Part shown: one piece after another, positions 1 through 12,379 of the stretch | Position numbering within the stretch: the first letter of the stretch is position 1 | Layout: each line of letters starts with the position of its first letter | Assembly: GCF_006345805.1 (NCBI RefSeq) | Contig: NC_043025.1 | Span: 2,914,001-2,978,000, forward strand | DNA: 64,000 bases | Reading direction: 5' to 3' | DNA from: Octopus sinensis | Lineage: Eukaryota | Made by a program: the position numbers and the translations under genes | The notes under the pieces: model-generated | Told to the model about the DNA's origin: nothing | The model's database searches: none | What the model saw: the letters and a program-made list of their open reading frames with translations, nothing else

Positions 1-386
1 GAATGATATTAATAAAAAGAGAACGATGATGAAGAAAATGGCCGCGATGATGTTGATGATGATGATGAGGAGATTGCGATGTTGATTGTAAATGTTGTAA
101 TAATGACGGTGAGAAGGAAAAATAATGATGATTATTACCGAAAACGATGACAAGCGCTACCGATTAATTGGTGATGACGACGTTGATTATTATGATGTTC
201 ATAACGAAGGTGATGATGATTCTGCATGCTAGAAATAGCAGAGTAAATGGTGGGAGGAAATAGTTATGATGACAAGATAACGATTAGTGAATATGAAAAT
301 ATGATTAGCAGAAGGACTATGAATATGATAGCGCTGAAGATGATGAGGACGATGATGATGATGATGATGATGATGATGGTGACGAC

Positions 387-433
<47 letters not shown>

Positions 434-434
434 C

Positions 435-466
<32 letters not shown>

Positions 467-633
467 CAAATTTAGAAACTGATAAGAATAACGAAGAAGG
501 TGAAGGAAAATAAATCATAGAACGTAAAGATATAGAGAAGAAGAAGAAGAAGAAGAAGAAGAAGAAGAAGAAGAAGAAGAAGAAGAAGAAGAAGAAGAAG
601 AAGAAGAAGAAGAAGAAGAAGAAGAAGAAGAAG

Positions 634-665
<32 letters not shown>

Positions 666-901
666 GAAGAGGCGAATATGATTCATGAAGAGAGGAGAAA
701 GCATTTGAAAAACTTAAAAGCAGAAGAACCAGAAAATGATGAACAAGATGAATGTAGAGAAAAATTGTGAAGAAGACGATAAATGCAGGAAAAGAAGATA
801 TATTAGGAGAAGAAAAATAATGTGGAATATCAGAATGGGGAAACAAGTGGGAATAAAGGAATATAAATACAAATACTGTAGTCACACATCAAACAAACAC
901 A

Positions 902-942
<41 letters not shown>

Positions 943-1815
943 TATAATATATGTATATATGTATGTATAAATGCACATAAACTCATACACCTATATATAC
1001 CTTATCAAACCCTGATGTATAAACGCACACACTCACATCCAGGCCACACATATATTCCCACTTTCTCACACACAGGCAAACACAAATTGCAAGACAATAT
1101 GAATTGTAGAAGAATGAGGGTAAATAAAGAAGATAAGAGAGACATTTAGTTTGTGGAAAAGACATTGGATGACATATCGAGATCTTATTATGAAGAAGAT
1201 GACTAACATAAGAGAAAGTTGATGATGAAGAATAGGCCGAAAAAGGAAACAACGATGAAGCAGCAGCAGCAGTAACAGCAGCGGTAGTAGCAGTAGTAGA
1301 AAAAGAAGAAGAAGAAGAAGAATATGATGATGATGATGATGATAATGATGATGAAGATGATGGACAACAACAGCAACAACATTAAAACAACAATAAGAGA
1401 AGTGGCAGATAATGTAGGAGCTGAAGAAAAGAATGATGTAAAAAATAAGGAGGAACCGAAGGAGTCTGTCATGAAGAAAACTTAAATATAATATTTCTGA
1501 TCTTATAATAATTCTGCTTGTCATTATGTTAATTAGTCCGTCGGTAAAGCTTTCTCGTGATTAGAGAAAAAGAGGGAGAACGAAAAAGAGTGAAAGAGAA
1601 ATGTCCATGACCTGAGGTAGAAGGAACGTGACTGTAATGCTTTCACGTGATTAGTTGAATGGAAAGAGAGACCAAGAGAAAGAAAAAGGAATGAGAAAAC
1701 GAAAGTAAGTCGAAGAGTGGAGCAGAAGGAGAGGGAGAGGGATAAAAGGGGAGAGAGAAAATATTTATTACGTGAAGAAAAATTTAGTTGAAGGTAGTGA
1801 TACTGGGGAGGTTTA
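1..1815. repeat. Module A copy 1 (long type): purine-rich mosaic of (GAT)n, (GAA)n, (TA)n and (CAG/TAG)n tracts joined by conserved spacers
   Basis: The same spacers (e.g. gaaaatggccgcgatgatgttgatg; aagaaaacttaaatataatatttctgatc) recur near 23180, 36000 and 54490. The poly-M/F/L/I ORFs here are microsatellite artefacts. Confidence 0.9.
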
Positions 1816-1817
1816 CG

Positions 1818-3030
1818 TAACAACCACATAGAAACAGACATCTTTTATAAACCCACTGATTCTAAACAATACCTATTATTTAACTCTTGCTGCCCCAAAC
1901 ACAAAACTTAATATATCGTTTAATCTAGCGAAAAGAATCTGTACCATATTTTCGGATACTTATACTCGTGAACAAAGACTCCTTGAACTTAGATCAACAC
2001 TAACTAAAATACATTACCCAATCTCATTAATAAATGATGGCATTAAAAGAGCTAAGGAAATAGATATACAAATATTAAGGTAAGCCAGCCGAAATACTAA
2101 ACAAGACTTAAAAATACTCCCGTAGATTTCCACACATAACCCTAGAAACAACGAAGCCTTCAACATTATCACCCAAAATCTTCCCATCCTCACAAGAGAC
2201 AATACAACGAACGAAATTTTAAGCTCACACAAAATTAAAAAAAGGAAACTGCAACCGAAGTCACTTAATAAAATATTAACCAGCGCAAGACTATATACAC
2301 TAACAACAGAGCCAAAAGTGAAAAAATGTGGTCGTCTCAACTGTGGAACATGCCCCAACCTTTTGGAGGGTTCAGAATTCTACTTCAAACAAGGTGGAAT
2401 ATTTAAGATCAAATCAAATTTCACCTGCACCTCGGAAAATCTAATCTATACCATGACATACTTATGATGAGGTAACCACTATATTGGACAAACAGGAATA
2501 TCACTCCGCCGAAGAAGCACAATCCACAAGAAACAAATCTACCACCCACAATACAGACAGTTACAGGTTAGTGAACACATAGAAAGGTGTGCTAGGAATC
2601 TTAATCCTAATTTCCAAATCTTCCCCCTCTATCAATGTTCACAGAACACGTCAATGCAACAAAGGTTGAATAAAGAGGCAATTATCATCAAAACATATCT
2701 TCCCCAACTGAATATAAACACACAACTTAATACAGAACACATTTAAGCCTTTAATTAACAACATAAAACCCTATACATTCCTTACACCATTCATATTACA
2801 ATTCTATATCTAACCTTACTGCACAAAATCCAGAACTACTTACATCCCTTACAAATAATCTTTTTACTCCAGAACTATTAGACCTGACACCGTTCATTAG
2901 CCGGTGTTCATTCAAAGCAATGAATAGCTTATGACGAAAGCATAGTATGCTTTCTGACTCTTTAATCATCTCATAATAAAGACATTTATGACTCTCATTA
3001 CTACCTCAGTCCGTCTAAATGTATATATCT
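1818..3030 (+). mobile_element. 5'-truncated Penelope-like retroelement (Neptune-like): RT thumb, Cys-rich linker, C-terminal GIY-YIG endonuclease; pseudogenised
   Basis: Manual translation gives IETDIFYKPTDSKQYLLFNSCCPKH ... KCGRLNCGTCP ... NLIYTMTYL**GNHYIGQTG ... RLNKEAIIIKTYLPQLN, ending at TAA 2744-2746. It has internal stops and a frameshift. Confidence 0.85.
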
Positions 3031-3562
3031 GTCGTTACCTTTCATAAAAAGCTTTTCTTGTTTTATCTACAATGTGCATTTTCGTTGATTTTTCATATTT
3101 TCCCCTTACATTTCCACGTTTATTTTCTATTTTCTTCTTGTAACATATTTCTACATACCTACATACATACATAGATACATACATATATACATACATACAT
3201 ATGTACATACATAGAAACATACATACATATATAGATACATACATAAAAACATACATACATACATGCATACATACATACATACATATATACATACATACAG
3301 AAAGGCATACGTTATATATACATTATTTAAATACGGGTGTATGTGTTTCTTTGTGTATTTTTAGGCCTGTGAGCCTCTGAAACTTTGCGTCCTCGAGTAA
3401 AACGAATTTGATTTTCGAAATCCGATTCCCAAAGTAAACATCGTCCATAAAATTTAATAAATATCGTAATAATCCACGTGAAATAACCTAACTTTGAGAC
3501 CCCAACCTCCCACACTATATCTTTCTCTACCCATATATCTTATATTTGCCATACTGTTTGAT

Positions 3563-3640
<78 letters not shown>

Positions 3641-3927
3641 AATTAAAAATCAATCATTGCTTTCATTTTGTTTAAAATCTCACCTACTTCTATTTTATTA
3701 TACATGTGTTCACATACAAACTGCTTAGTTTCCAAATCTTGTTTTCCAATGGGGTAAAAATGATAAAACTTCGAACCTCTGACGTGTTTTCTGAACTTTT
3801 TCTCGAATAAATCAATAAATTTCTAAATTTCCACATAATTTTCAAATTTCAAATTCTGTGACAGAAAGCGAAAAGTTCGATCTCTAATTGCTTATTCCTT
3901 TCCTTTTCTCATAGTAAACCTTCTCTG

Positions 3928-5613
3928 AACTTAAAGTCATGTACTGTGTACATTAAATTAGTAAATAGTATATATGTTGTTGTGTGTTCATTCTCGAGCC
4001 ATGCCTGGCTCATAAGGGACGGGACACCGGACCTTTGCCGGTGAGCTGCTAGAAGCAGGAGAAAAGTGTGAGAGAATGTGGTGGAGAAAGAGTCAGCAGA
4101 GGATCACCATTACCTTACGCCGGAGCCGCGTGGAGCTGAGGTGTTCAGCTCATAAACAGACATCGCATAATCTGAGATTCGAACACGTGATCCCTCGAGC
4201 GCGAGACTGCTGCTCTAACCACTAGAACTTGTGCCTCCATATATATATGCTCATGTGCCTCCAAATATATACATATTGCTCGTGTTTTTCATGTTGAAGT
4301 TAAACCCACCTCTTGCCTTGTATTGAAATCTTCTACGTTCCCTCTACCAACTGTTACCAATTAAGATGTTATATCTGATTCGGCAGGGATTTTATCCGCT
4401 TAACGCTTTTGACATACTCCTACATACTGGACCGTCTGAAATCGCAGTGAAACGTTTGGGTGTACTTCGAATTCCCATTAATGTCACTCTCGGTACAAAA
4501 TTGATCAGTGTGTCAAATCTCAGCAAAATCCGAAGAAAAGTGGTAAGGTTATGTCATAAAATAGAATCCATTTGACCATTTACATGAAAATATCCCATTG
4601 ACATTTAAATCTCAATACATTATATAAATAATCGACGTTTCATATGTGGAAGTGCTTAATTTTACACACTGTTCAATTTTCTTCAGAATCAGTTCCCTAA
4701 TTTTGTGAATGATTCTGACGATTTCTGCCTTTCATCATTTTAATTTTAATTCAACTACATGACTCCGGCCATAAACCTTACCTAAAAGTCAAAGTTCATC
4801 AAAATCGGATGAATTGTGTAAAAGTTACAGCATAAAATACTAATCCTATGGGTGATTGCATACAAAAAGCCTATTGATTTTTTTAACGCAGTTATCGATT
4901 TTTTGTCAACTCTTCATCTGGTATCAACTAATGGACATGAACTGTAATCACGTGTAAAATTTCTACAAAATCGTTAAGAATATCTGTCAGGAAATGCTTA
5001 TGTACATTTATGCCGTTTTCAAGCTCTTTTGAATTAAATACATACCTTTACCGTATCCCCCACCGAACATTTACCTACACTTCATATTTCATTAAAATCG
5101 GATAAAAAATATGAAAGTTACGTCCAAAAATAAAATCCCTGTGAGTATATGCACGCAAAACGTCTATTGATTTTATAAAACCACTGCTCCGGCGCAATTA
5201 CCAAGTTTTTTCTCAACGTCATATACTGAAATCAACTCACTGCCATGAGCTTTGCACACTCATCGATTTTCATTAAAATTGGACAAAAAATGCAAAAGCT
5301 GCTGGAAAAAACATCGTTATGGGAATATGCGAGGTTAATGAACAAAATTTTAAAATGTCGCCATTGTTTTCAAATTACGTTTCACATTTTGTTTGAAAAC
5401 AAGTGTGGATTACAATGGTGATCACCGATTTCCAAAATTTTTCATTTAATACTTTTGTTAATGCGTCGTTCAAACGCATTAGCCAAAATCGGTACCGATT
5501 GGGATTGGGGATTTGAAAAAAAACTACACACATTCAAACAATTTTTAAAGAGCTTCCTGCCATCATTTCCAACGTTGAGGTGAAAACAAAATTTGAAAAT
5601 CATCACCAGAACG
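3928..5613. repeat. Block Y copy 1 (SINE plus a region with degenerate tttcatYaaaatcgga subrepeats)
   Basis: Collinear with 25693-27235; the shared sequence ends at caccagaacg in both copies. Confidence 0.9.
3976..4239 (-). mobile_element. tRNA-derived SINE
   Basis: The minus strand starts tggaggcacaagttctagtggttagagcagcag (A box-like) with a ttcgaatc B box-like motif, followed by a non-tRNA body. Second copy at 25729-25990. Confidence 0.7.
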
Positions 5614-5651
5614 AGTGCAAGAGTGGCTGTGTGGTAAGTAGCTTGCTTACC
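5614..5651 (+). mobile_element. SINE head fragment, truncated
   Basis: gagtggctgtgtggtaagtagcttgcttacc matches the 5' end of the fuller SINE copy at 48345-48787 (-). Confidence 0.75.
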
Positions 5652-6237
5652 TCATTGAGCATGTGCGATTCAGAGTTGTGTTTGATACTGAAACTGTAAA
5701 GACGTGTGTTTGAAGCCGTCTAAAATTGAAGATTTTTGAAACTCAGCTGTAAGGTAAAACTTTTTGAGGGGGTCTAGTGGGGGCCTGTTGTCTGTCGCAA
5801 TTATTTTTTACAAACAAGAAGTCCTCACTGGATTCTAATCTATCTGTAGCTGAGTGAATATTTTTTCACTTAACTGTGAAAATTATTGTGTTGGTGGGCG
5901 TATCCTGCCGCAAAATTTTGTTTGAGAATAGTGTTTGTCCAGGAATAACTCTGGGAATTTTTAGAAAAGATTTCAACAATATTGTCCCTGTTAAGGAGTA
6001 CCTATGAGAAGAAAATTGGAATGATTTGCGTTAAAATTGTGGCCTGGAGTACCGAGTGGCCTATGCTGTGTTTTGAACTGCTGCTCTCTCTCTCTTCGTC
6101 TCTCTTTTATTTAAAAAAAGACTCTTTATTGAACTGTTAATATTTTCTCCTTTTTTATTTGGACTTTTTCTCTTCCTTTTTTTTCTTTTTCATTTTGTAT
6201 TTTATGAGGTGTTTTTTGGACTTTTTTAAAAAGAAAC

Positions 6238-7522
6238 ATGGCAAAAAAAAAAGTGGAAAGTTGGTTGAGTGGGAATTTATACTACCCAAAAGATGATTAA
6301 AAGAACCTGAAAGTAAGACGTTGGTTTTGAGGACCTACTCTAGGATCCTCGACGCAATTGCCTTTTTCAAAAAATATAATCGAAAGAGAGATGGCAGAAT
6401 TTAAGCCAGCTATTAAGTTTATCACTCGGAGGGTCAAATATGCAACCGTGTGGTTGCTGTTTGACTCCCCAGAAGTGGATTGTGAATTTGCGTGCCAGCT
6501 CCTGGAAGGCAATGAAATTTTGTTTCTTCCCACTTATTGTGGGAAGAAGTTGACGAGGGCTTGGGTTGGCAGCTTGCCATCGGAGCTGAGCCCGAGTGGA
6601 TAGGAGACACTATCCGCCGGAGTCTGCGTGGTAGTAGCACCAAGCTTTTCAATGTAAATATTCTGCCTGCGGCTGACTGGGAGGGGTCAAAATCTGTTTT
6701 GACCCTCTGGACAAAGTTAGCTGAAAGTCTGGTATTTCCAGATTTTTGAGAATGTGCTGGTCGAAGTATACGGTGATGCTTGAGGGAGCTCCCCCCCACC
6801 AAGCGTCATCGGTGTCTGGAGCCTGGCCATATAAAAAAGAACTGTTCTCAACGGCAAAGCAAAGTCCTGGAGCGGTTGACGGAGACCTCTGTAGAAGAGG
6901 GAATGAAGGCGGCCGAGGAGACGGAGGATGCCTCAAAGAAGAGCCGCAAAAGGAAGAAGGTGAGTAATAATGTGTGCTCACCGAAGGATTCTTGGAATGA
7001 GGGAGGGGAGGCACATGTCCCGGTCACTGAGGGGACGCACCCTCACCTAGTCAAGAAGAAAAACGAGGAAGAGGAGAAACGGGATATTGCCGGCAGTCGG
7101 AGCCATGGAGCCTCATCGGTGGGGGAGCCGTGCCACCGGCGGGGATGGGTTAGACACAAGTGGTAAGAATTGTGCTGCCAACGGTAGAATTGACTACCTC
7201 AGACCCGGGGGAGGAAGAACTGTTGGTCTTCTGTTATAGAGGGGGAGTGGTGGAAAAGGTGGTGGAAGAACACTACAAGGGAGTACCTTTGGCCTTCGCA
7301 CGGTTACCCGAATGGACTCCGCAGATAGCTGTGGAGGTCATAAGGTTGCGCATGTTACAAAGGCTGGGGGGACTAAAAGAGGAATATCGCTCGTGGCCGG
7401 GTGACGCCAACTCGGAGTCCGCCTTGATTTTAAAGCAAGCATGGGCGATGGTGGAGTACACGTACATAAGCGATAATGAGGATTGTCAAGAGTTTGAAAA
7501 GCCTCAGTGTTATAATGTGTAA
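6238..7522 (+). pseudogene. Non-LTR retrotransposon ORF1-like (L1/Tx1-type) protein with a decayed CCHC zinc knuckle, family 1; frameshifted
   Basis: ATG at 6238; pieces span ORFs 6358, 6537, 6746, 6780 and 7160. Knuckle remnant HRCLEPGHIKKNC and a K/E-rich linker. IEREMAEFKPAIKF..YATVWLLF..LFLPTYCG aligns with family 2 IERMLEGIKGMITF..YATVDVRF..ILLPSCCG. Confidence 0.7.
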
Positions 7523-7699
7523 GAAGCTCAGTGCCTCACTTGTAAATGGACTAGTGTTGATTGTATAGTGAATATTTTATTGTATATTTTTGTATGTTAT
7601 TATTTGTTATGGACTATTAAGTCCAAGTATTGTAAAAACTGTAGTGAGAGGTTCAATACCTCGTTTTTTTCTGTTGGGAGAAAAAAGGAGGAATGTTTT

Positions 7700-8965
7700 A
7701 GAGAACCGGAACCAGATAACTTCACGTGTTTTTGTTATCTAATTCCGATTGATAGGTTTATCCGAGTATATAAAGGGTTTTGAAAGTGCATACGGGTGTT
7801 GATATCGACGGGCAGAGACGGGGTTAGTGTCCAGATCATATACTACTTTAAAATTTGGGAGAGTAGTAGGACGATGGGTTATGCGGGATATTTTTTGTTT
7901 TATCTGGAGGACGGGTGTATTCTTTGTTCTTCGATCGAATTCGTATGACCGTCGCCTTGTAGGGTGCAATTATAATATTCAGCGTATTGTTCGAATATTT
8001 CCTTACTGGCGGACAGTGATGAAATCCGTTTTGATACGATATCTACGATAGAGCTTAGGACAACTGGCGTTGTGATTGGAGGAAAAGTTGACGTAGTTGA
8101 GGTTCTCCTTAAGATTATGGCATGGGTTGAAAATTTGACTTTGTAGATCTAGGGTGACACCTAGGAAATTAGAAGTTTTAAGGCTGCTACAAAAAGGGAT
8201 GCAGAGGCCCATCTTTTTAAAAAGATATCTTAGTCTTTTTCTAATCTGTTCGATTCGGCCGTTGCGAGAACCCCGAATGTCTCTATTGGCCCAGAATTAC
8301 CCAGTTTTATCATATGTCGACGGGCAGCCAAGATGATATCAATATCGTCCACAAGAGAGGTTAGATAGAATCATTGCAAAAATGAGGACTTTGTTGAGAA
8401 GGATAGCGGATACACTAGAGTAATTTGGTCTATGTCCATCTGTATGAATTTAAAAGTATGTTTAGGACTTTAGGAATAAAACCACTGGACGGCTTGAGTA
8501 ATTTCAGTCCATATGTGTAGTGTGTACGTTGGATACAGTTGGGGGTATAATCCTGTCTGATGAAATCTTGCTAATCTTACCTATATCTGAACTGAAGGGG
8601 CAAATGAGGCCTTCTACGTTAATATGGAGTGAGCGAGTTATGGAACGTCTGGTCCTATCTTCTAATGCGCGTTTAAAAACGAGATCACGATTCGTGATGT
8701 AAATGTCTTTTAGAACGAGACTGGTACAATACGGTATCATTTATGTAGTTATTTGTGTATTAGCTCTCGGTATTTATCTAGAGGAGTGTTATAAAGGTTG
8801 CCGGGCTTGACGGCTTGGAAGAGAATTTCATAGTATTTTTGGAGACTCCTGAGGATATTATTGATTTTAGTTAGGTGGGGTTTGACTGTTAATTTTCTAG
8901 GTTTAAAATTGATTTTCTAAAGCGGATTGGTAAGATGTTGCTCGAAATTATCTATGTCACGCTTA
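7700..8965 (-). mobile_element. Penelope-like element RT fragment (second PLE family), degenerate
   Basis: The minus strand gives FIQMDID.., ..EQIRKRLRYLFKKMGL..NFLGVTLDL..YVNFSSNH and later VIWF, resembling PLE RT palm/thumb motifs. Partial paralog at 46830-47320. Confidence 0.7.
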
Positions 8966-8987
8966 GGAGGTGCATATCTATCTATCA

Positions 8988-9106
<119 letters not shown>

Positions 9107-9379
9107 AGAAAGTTGGTGTGTGAAAGCACGTGGTTGAATATATAGAAAATAGTAAAAAGTGAAAAAAGTACAAAAGACTTGCTTTAAAAGGTTAAAAAAT
9201 ATATTTGAGTCATTATGTCAGAAGAATGTTATAAAATTTTTTCATACAGTGACATAGGTTTTGAAGAAATTACCGGTTTCGTGATAACTTTTCAAATTTC
9301 TCAAATTTCTCAAAACATTGTGTTATGTCTTCGTTATGAAGTGCAAAGAAGAGTTCCAGGTAGCGGGAGGTAATGAGCC

Positions 9380-9413
<34 letters not shown>

Positions 9414-9415
<2 letters not shown>

Positions 9416-10700
9416 AAAAAGGCGTTGTATTTCCATGCAGAAAGTATCTAGGAAAATTTGTTGTTGAAAATGCACCTAAATTTGAAAAACATGTTTTTGT
9501 TTTTAAATAAATATATTTATATTAAATGGCGGTGCCACAGCATGGCCACAGCTCGTGAGCTGAAACTAGATAAAATATAATAAAATAAATTAAAAAAATA
9601 TACATACCAAACTAGTTTCAACAATATTTATCAATGATAAAAATTTAAAATTATGAATTAGAAAAACATGTTTTTATGTTTATATGTTTCGGTAAAATGA
9701 AGTATGATTTTAAATGTTCATAAATTTCAATAATATATAAAAAATGTGGATCATTTTGCTCAAATGCACAAAATTCAAAAGTGTTAATAGTGATCGATAA
9801 GAAATGTGGATCATCAAAGTTTCGGCCATACTGAGTTAAGAGGGAGAAAAACAAGGGAGAAATGAAGATAGTGAAAAAGGGTTTTTGTTTACAGTTTCTG
9901 TGATTCTCTTACCGACATGTGCAGGATCTTTTGCTTGTAAAGGCGTTTTTAAGAATCCGGTGTATTTACGATTTTTTCCGTGAACGGATCTGATATTTGT
10001 TGATGTCTTATTTTTCTGGTGGTCAAGATTTTCATTCTGCCTGGTTGGCTTACCTGTGGGGAACGGTCATCAGCCATTCCAGTTGGTTGATTCTCATAAA
10101 GGGTAATTTTGTTGTATTTGCTGAAGTTCGATTTTGATTGTAAGTCAAATTTCATTGTTTTAGAGTTAGGTGACGTCAGCAACTGCTAAGTGTATGGTGA
10201 TATTGTATGGCGATTCGGATTAGCGATTTCGAAACCCGCGTTCAAAACTGTTACTAAAGCGTTTTGAATATCTGTTGTATCTCGTTTTTTTTTTCTTTGT
10301 AGAGAAATTATGTTTCTTAATTTTTCGGTTTCGTGTTTAAACAGAGGTGAATAAGAGGGAACGAATTAAACGATATTCTATATTCCATAATACTATAGTT
10401 GTTACTACATGATTTCACAACCATTGTACATGGTTCAGATGATGTAATTAATAAATTGCGTAATCCTTACCATCTATCAGAGGTGTAAAACATGCTTTTC
10501 AGGTGATTATTTCAGTAAGTCCTACGTTCCACCTTTAAGGAATTGTAGTGATGACACACGATGTAAATTATATCATCTCATCAAGAACTACGGACGTGAT
10601 GTGTAGACACAATTGCATTGATATAGAATAAAGAAAGTCGCGGAAACCATTCTCTAATTCTTCATTAGGTATATATCTATATATGCATGTATGTATGTAC
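9414..10700. repeat. Block X copy 1 (AT-rich, non-coding)
   Basis: Near-identical to 42312-43545 and more diverged from 51120-52570. Confidence 0.9.
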
Positions 10701-10975
10701 CAATCTTCTCTCTTTTACTTGTGTTTTGTGGACGCCCCCAGACGATGAAGTAGGCTAGCTCAATACGTAGATATAGAGGGAGAAGTCTGGACGTCGAAGT
10801 AGAGTCGAGTTGAGTAGAGAATTTTGTAGTTGATAGGTGTTGTTTTTGAGGTCGAGTTGTTGAAGTTGAGTTGTATTTGTGAGTTGAACGTGAATTTATT
10901 GTTGATTGTTGCTGTTGTTGATACCGTTGTTAATATCGTTAAAGTTTTGTTGAGTTGATATTTCCCATTGGGGAA

Positions 10976-12030
10976 ATGGAGAAGGCGCCAGCGGGCGGCC
11001 ACAGCTGTGCAACGGCAACTGGAGGAGAAGCGGAGAGAGAAGCATCCGAGACTTTTGAAGTAGAGGTCGAGGCCAGGAGGATGAAAGCTGGAGAGAGGCT
11101 GCTGAGGGGGCAAGGCGAGAAGATAAAATTGACACCACCCGAGGAGCTAATGAACAGTGTTATGAGGAGGACAGTGACATACAGGACTGTGAGGGTCGCT
11201 ACAGGAAGGATCGAGATAGCAACTGTGGAGGGGATCGAGAGGATGTTGGAAGGCATAAAAGGATGATAACCTTCGGAGCAGGATGCAGGGAGTATGCAAC
11301 TGTGGATGTGCGTTTCACATCGGAGGAGGAAGCGATGAGGCATGCTACGGAGGCGGTCCGCTCTGAAGAATGGATTCTTCTGCCATCCTGTTGCGGTGGA
11401 CGTGTGGCGAGTGTTCGGTTGGGCCAGGTTCCCCCCCGAGCTGGAGGCGGCATGGGGCTGATGACGGCCATTGTGTACAACATCGAGGACGAGGCTGGAA
11501 TATTGAGGGCCACCAGAGCAAACAAGCTGCTGGGGCTGTGGGTCGGAGGTAACAATCCAGGCAAAAGTGTAGGACTTGAACGGAATGGCAGAGGAGATAG
11601 TGTTGCACTGGGAGTGAAGGTGGAAAGCAGGCCACTTGTGTGTTTCGAGTGTGGCGAGGAGGGACACATGAAGGTGAGATGCCCACGGAGGGAGCAGAGA
11701 GAGACTGAAGAGGGTGTCGAGCAGGCATTGACAGTAGAGAATAATGAGAAAACAGCGGAAGAAGAATTCGGGAACTCAACTACAAGAGGGTGAGATGGAG
11801 AAACTGAAGACGGAGAAAGAGGTCTCAGACTCAGAGAGAGTACAGAGGTACCTATAATAAGAACAGTAGTAAACGAAGAAAGGAGAAGACCGAAAGAGGG
11901 TAAGAAAAAATGGAATTTTTAGAGGTATGTGCGGGGATTGAATTGACCCGGCCAGAGCGTTGGTGGCGTTCAACGTGCTGCCACCAGTAATTGATCTGTT
12001 AGAACTGAAGCCGTATATGAGACGTTAAAG
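10976..12030 (+). pseudogene. ORF1-like CCHC zinc-knuckle protein, family 2, copy 1 (two internal deletions)
   Basis: Intact knuckle CFECGEEGHMKVRC. Paralog of 43819-45200; lacks about 230 bp present at about 44580-44800. Confidence 0.8.
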
Positions 12031-12117
12031 GTGAAAAAAATGAAAAAAGAAAGCAAAACGTTTTATATTTGTGTCTTATTTCGCAAGGCGACTTTTCCGA
12101 AGGAAATGAAGTTATAA

Positions 12118-12183
12118 CTCAGGTTGTATAAGTTACTTTTATTAAACATACCTCGTTCGGGAACTTTATGATACCACTTCGTA
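12118..12183 (+). mobile_element. Mariner 3' terminus with terminal inverted repeat and TA
   Basis: ctcgttcgggaactttatgataccacttcgTA is the inverted counterpart of TAcgaggtcgtttcaaaatttcctaaacgag at 33743. Equivalent tails lie near 22150-22215, 34445-34510, 45291-45353, 53575-53630 and 57606-57674. Confidence 0.75.
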
Positions 12184-12189
12184 TATATA

Positions 12190-12348
12190 CGACAAGTTTC
12201 TAACAGTTACCGTGTACCCAATTAACTAACATACACGGGTTTGTTCGGTTGAAGACCAGAGTACACGCAGAGGGACAGAATGCAGAAGCAAAATTCTTAT
12301 CACACAGCCATACCAACGTCTAAGCGTATATTCACACACACAAACACA

Positions 12349-12379
<31 letters not shown>

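Noticed and set aside
247-1524. Long ORFs of poly-M, F, L, I, Y, E, YI or CV in the ORF track (also at 23392, 24337, 33478, 36463, 52495, 55502 and others)
   Set aside because: They are translations of microsatellites; their lengths and frames are not conserved between paralogous copies.
2465-2470. In-frame TGA TGA at the CxxC position of the PLE GIY-YIG domain, suggesting selenocysteine recoding as in some Naiad PLEs
   Set aside because: The endonuclease is C-terminal (not the Naiad order), and the same frame also has TAA and TAG stops and a frameshift, so ordinary decay explains it.
2875-2970. Hairpins in the PLE 3' region resembling hammerheads (gaaagcata-g-tatgctttc; gacaccg..cggtgtt)
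   Set aside because: No intact CUGANGA/GAAA core; at best fully decayed.
10060-10080. CTGATGA on the minus strand of block X
   Set aside because: No stem II or properly placed GAAA/stem III, and the motif is absent from copy 3.
9949-10182. Conserved 77-aa minus-strand ORF in block X copies 1 and 2
   Set aside because: Conservation reflects recent duplication; it is disrupted in copy 3 and has no recognisable motif.
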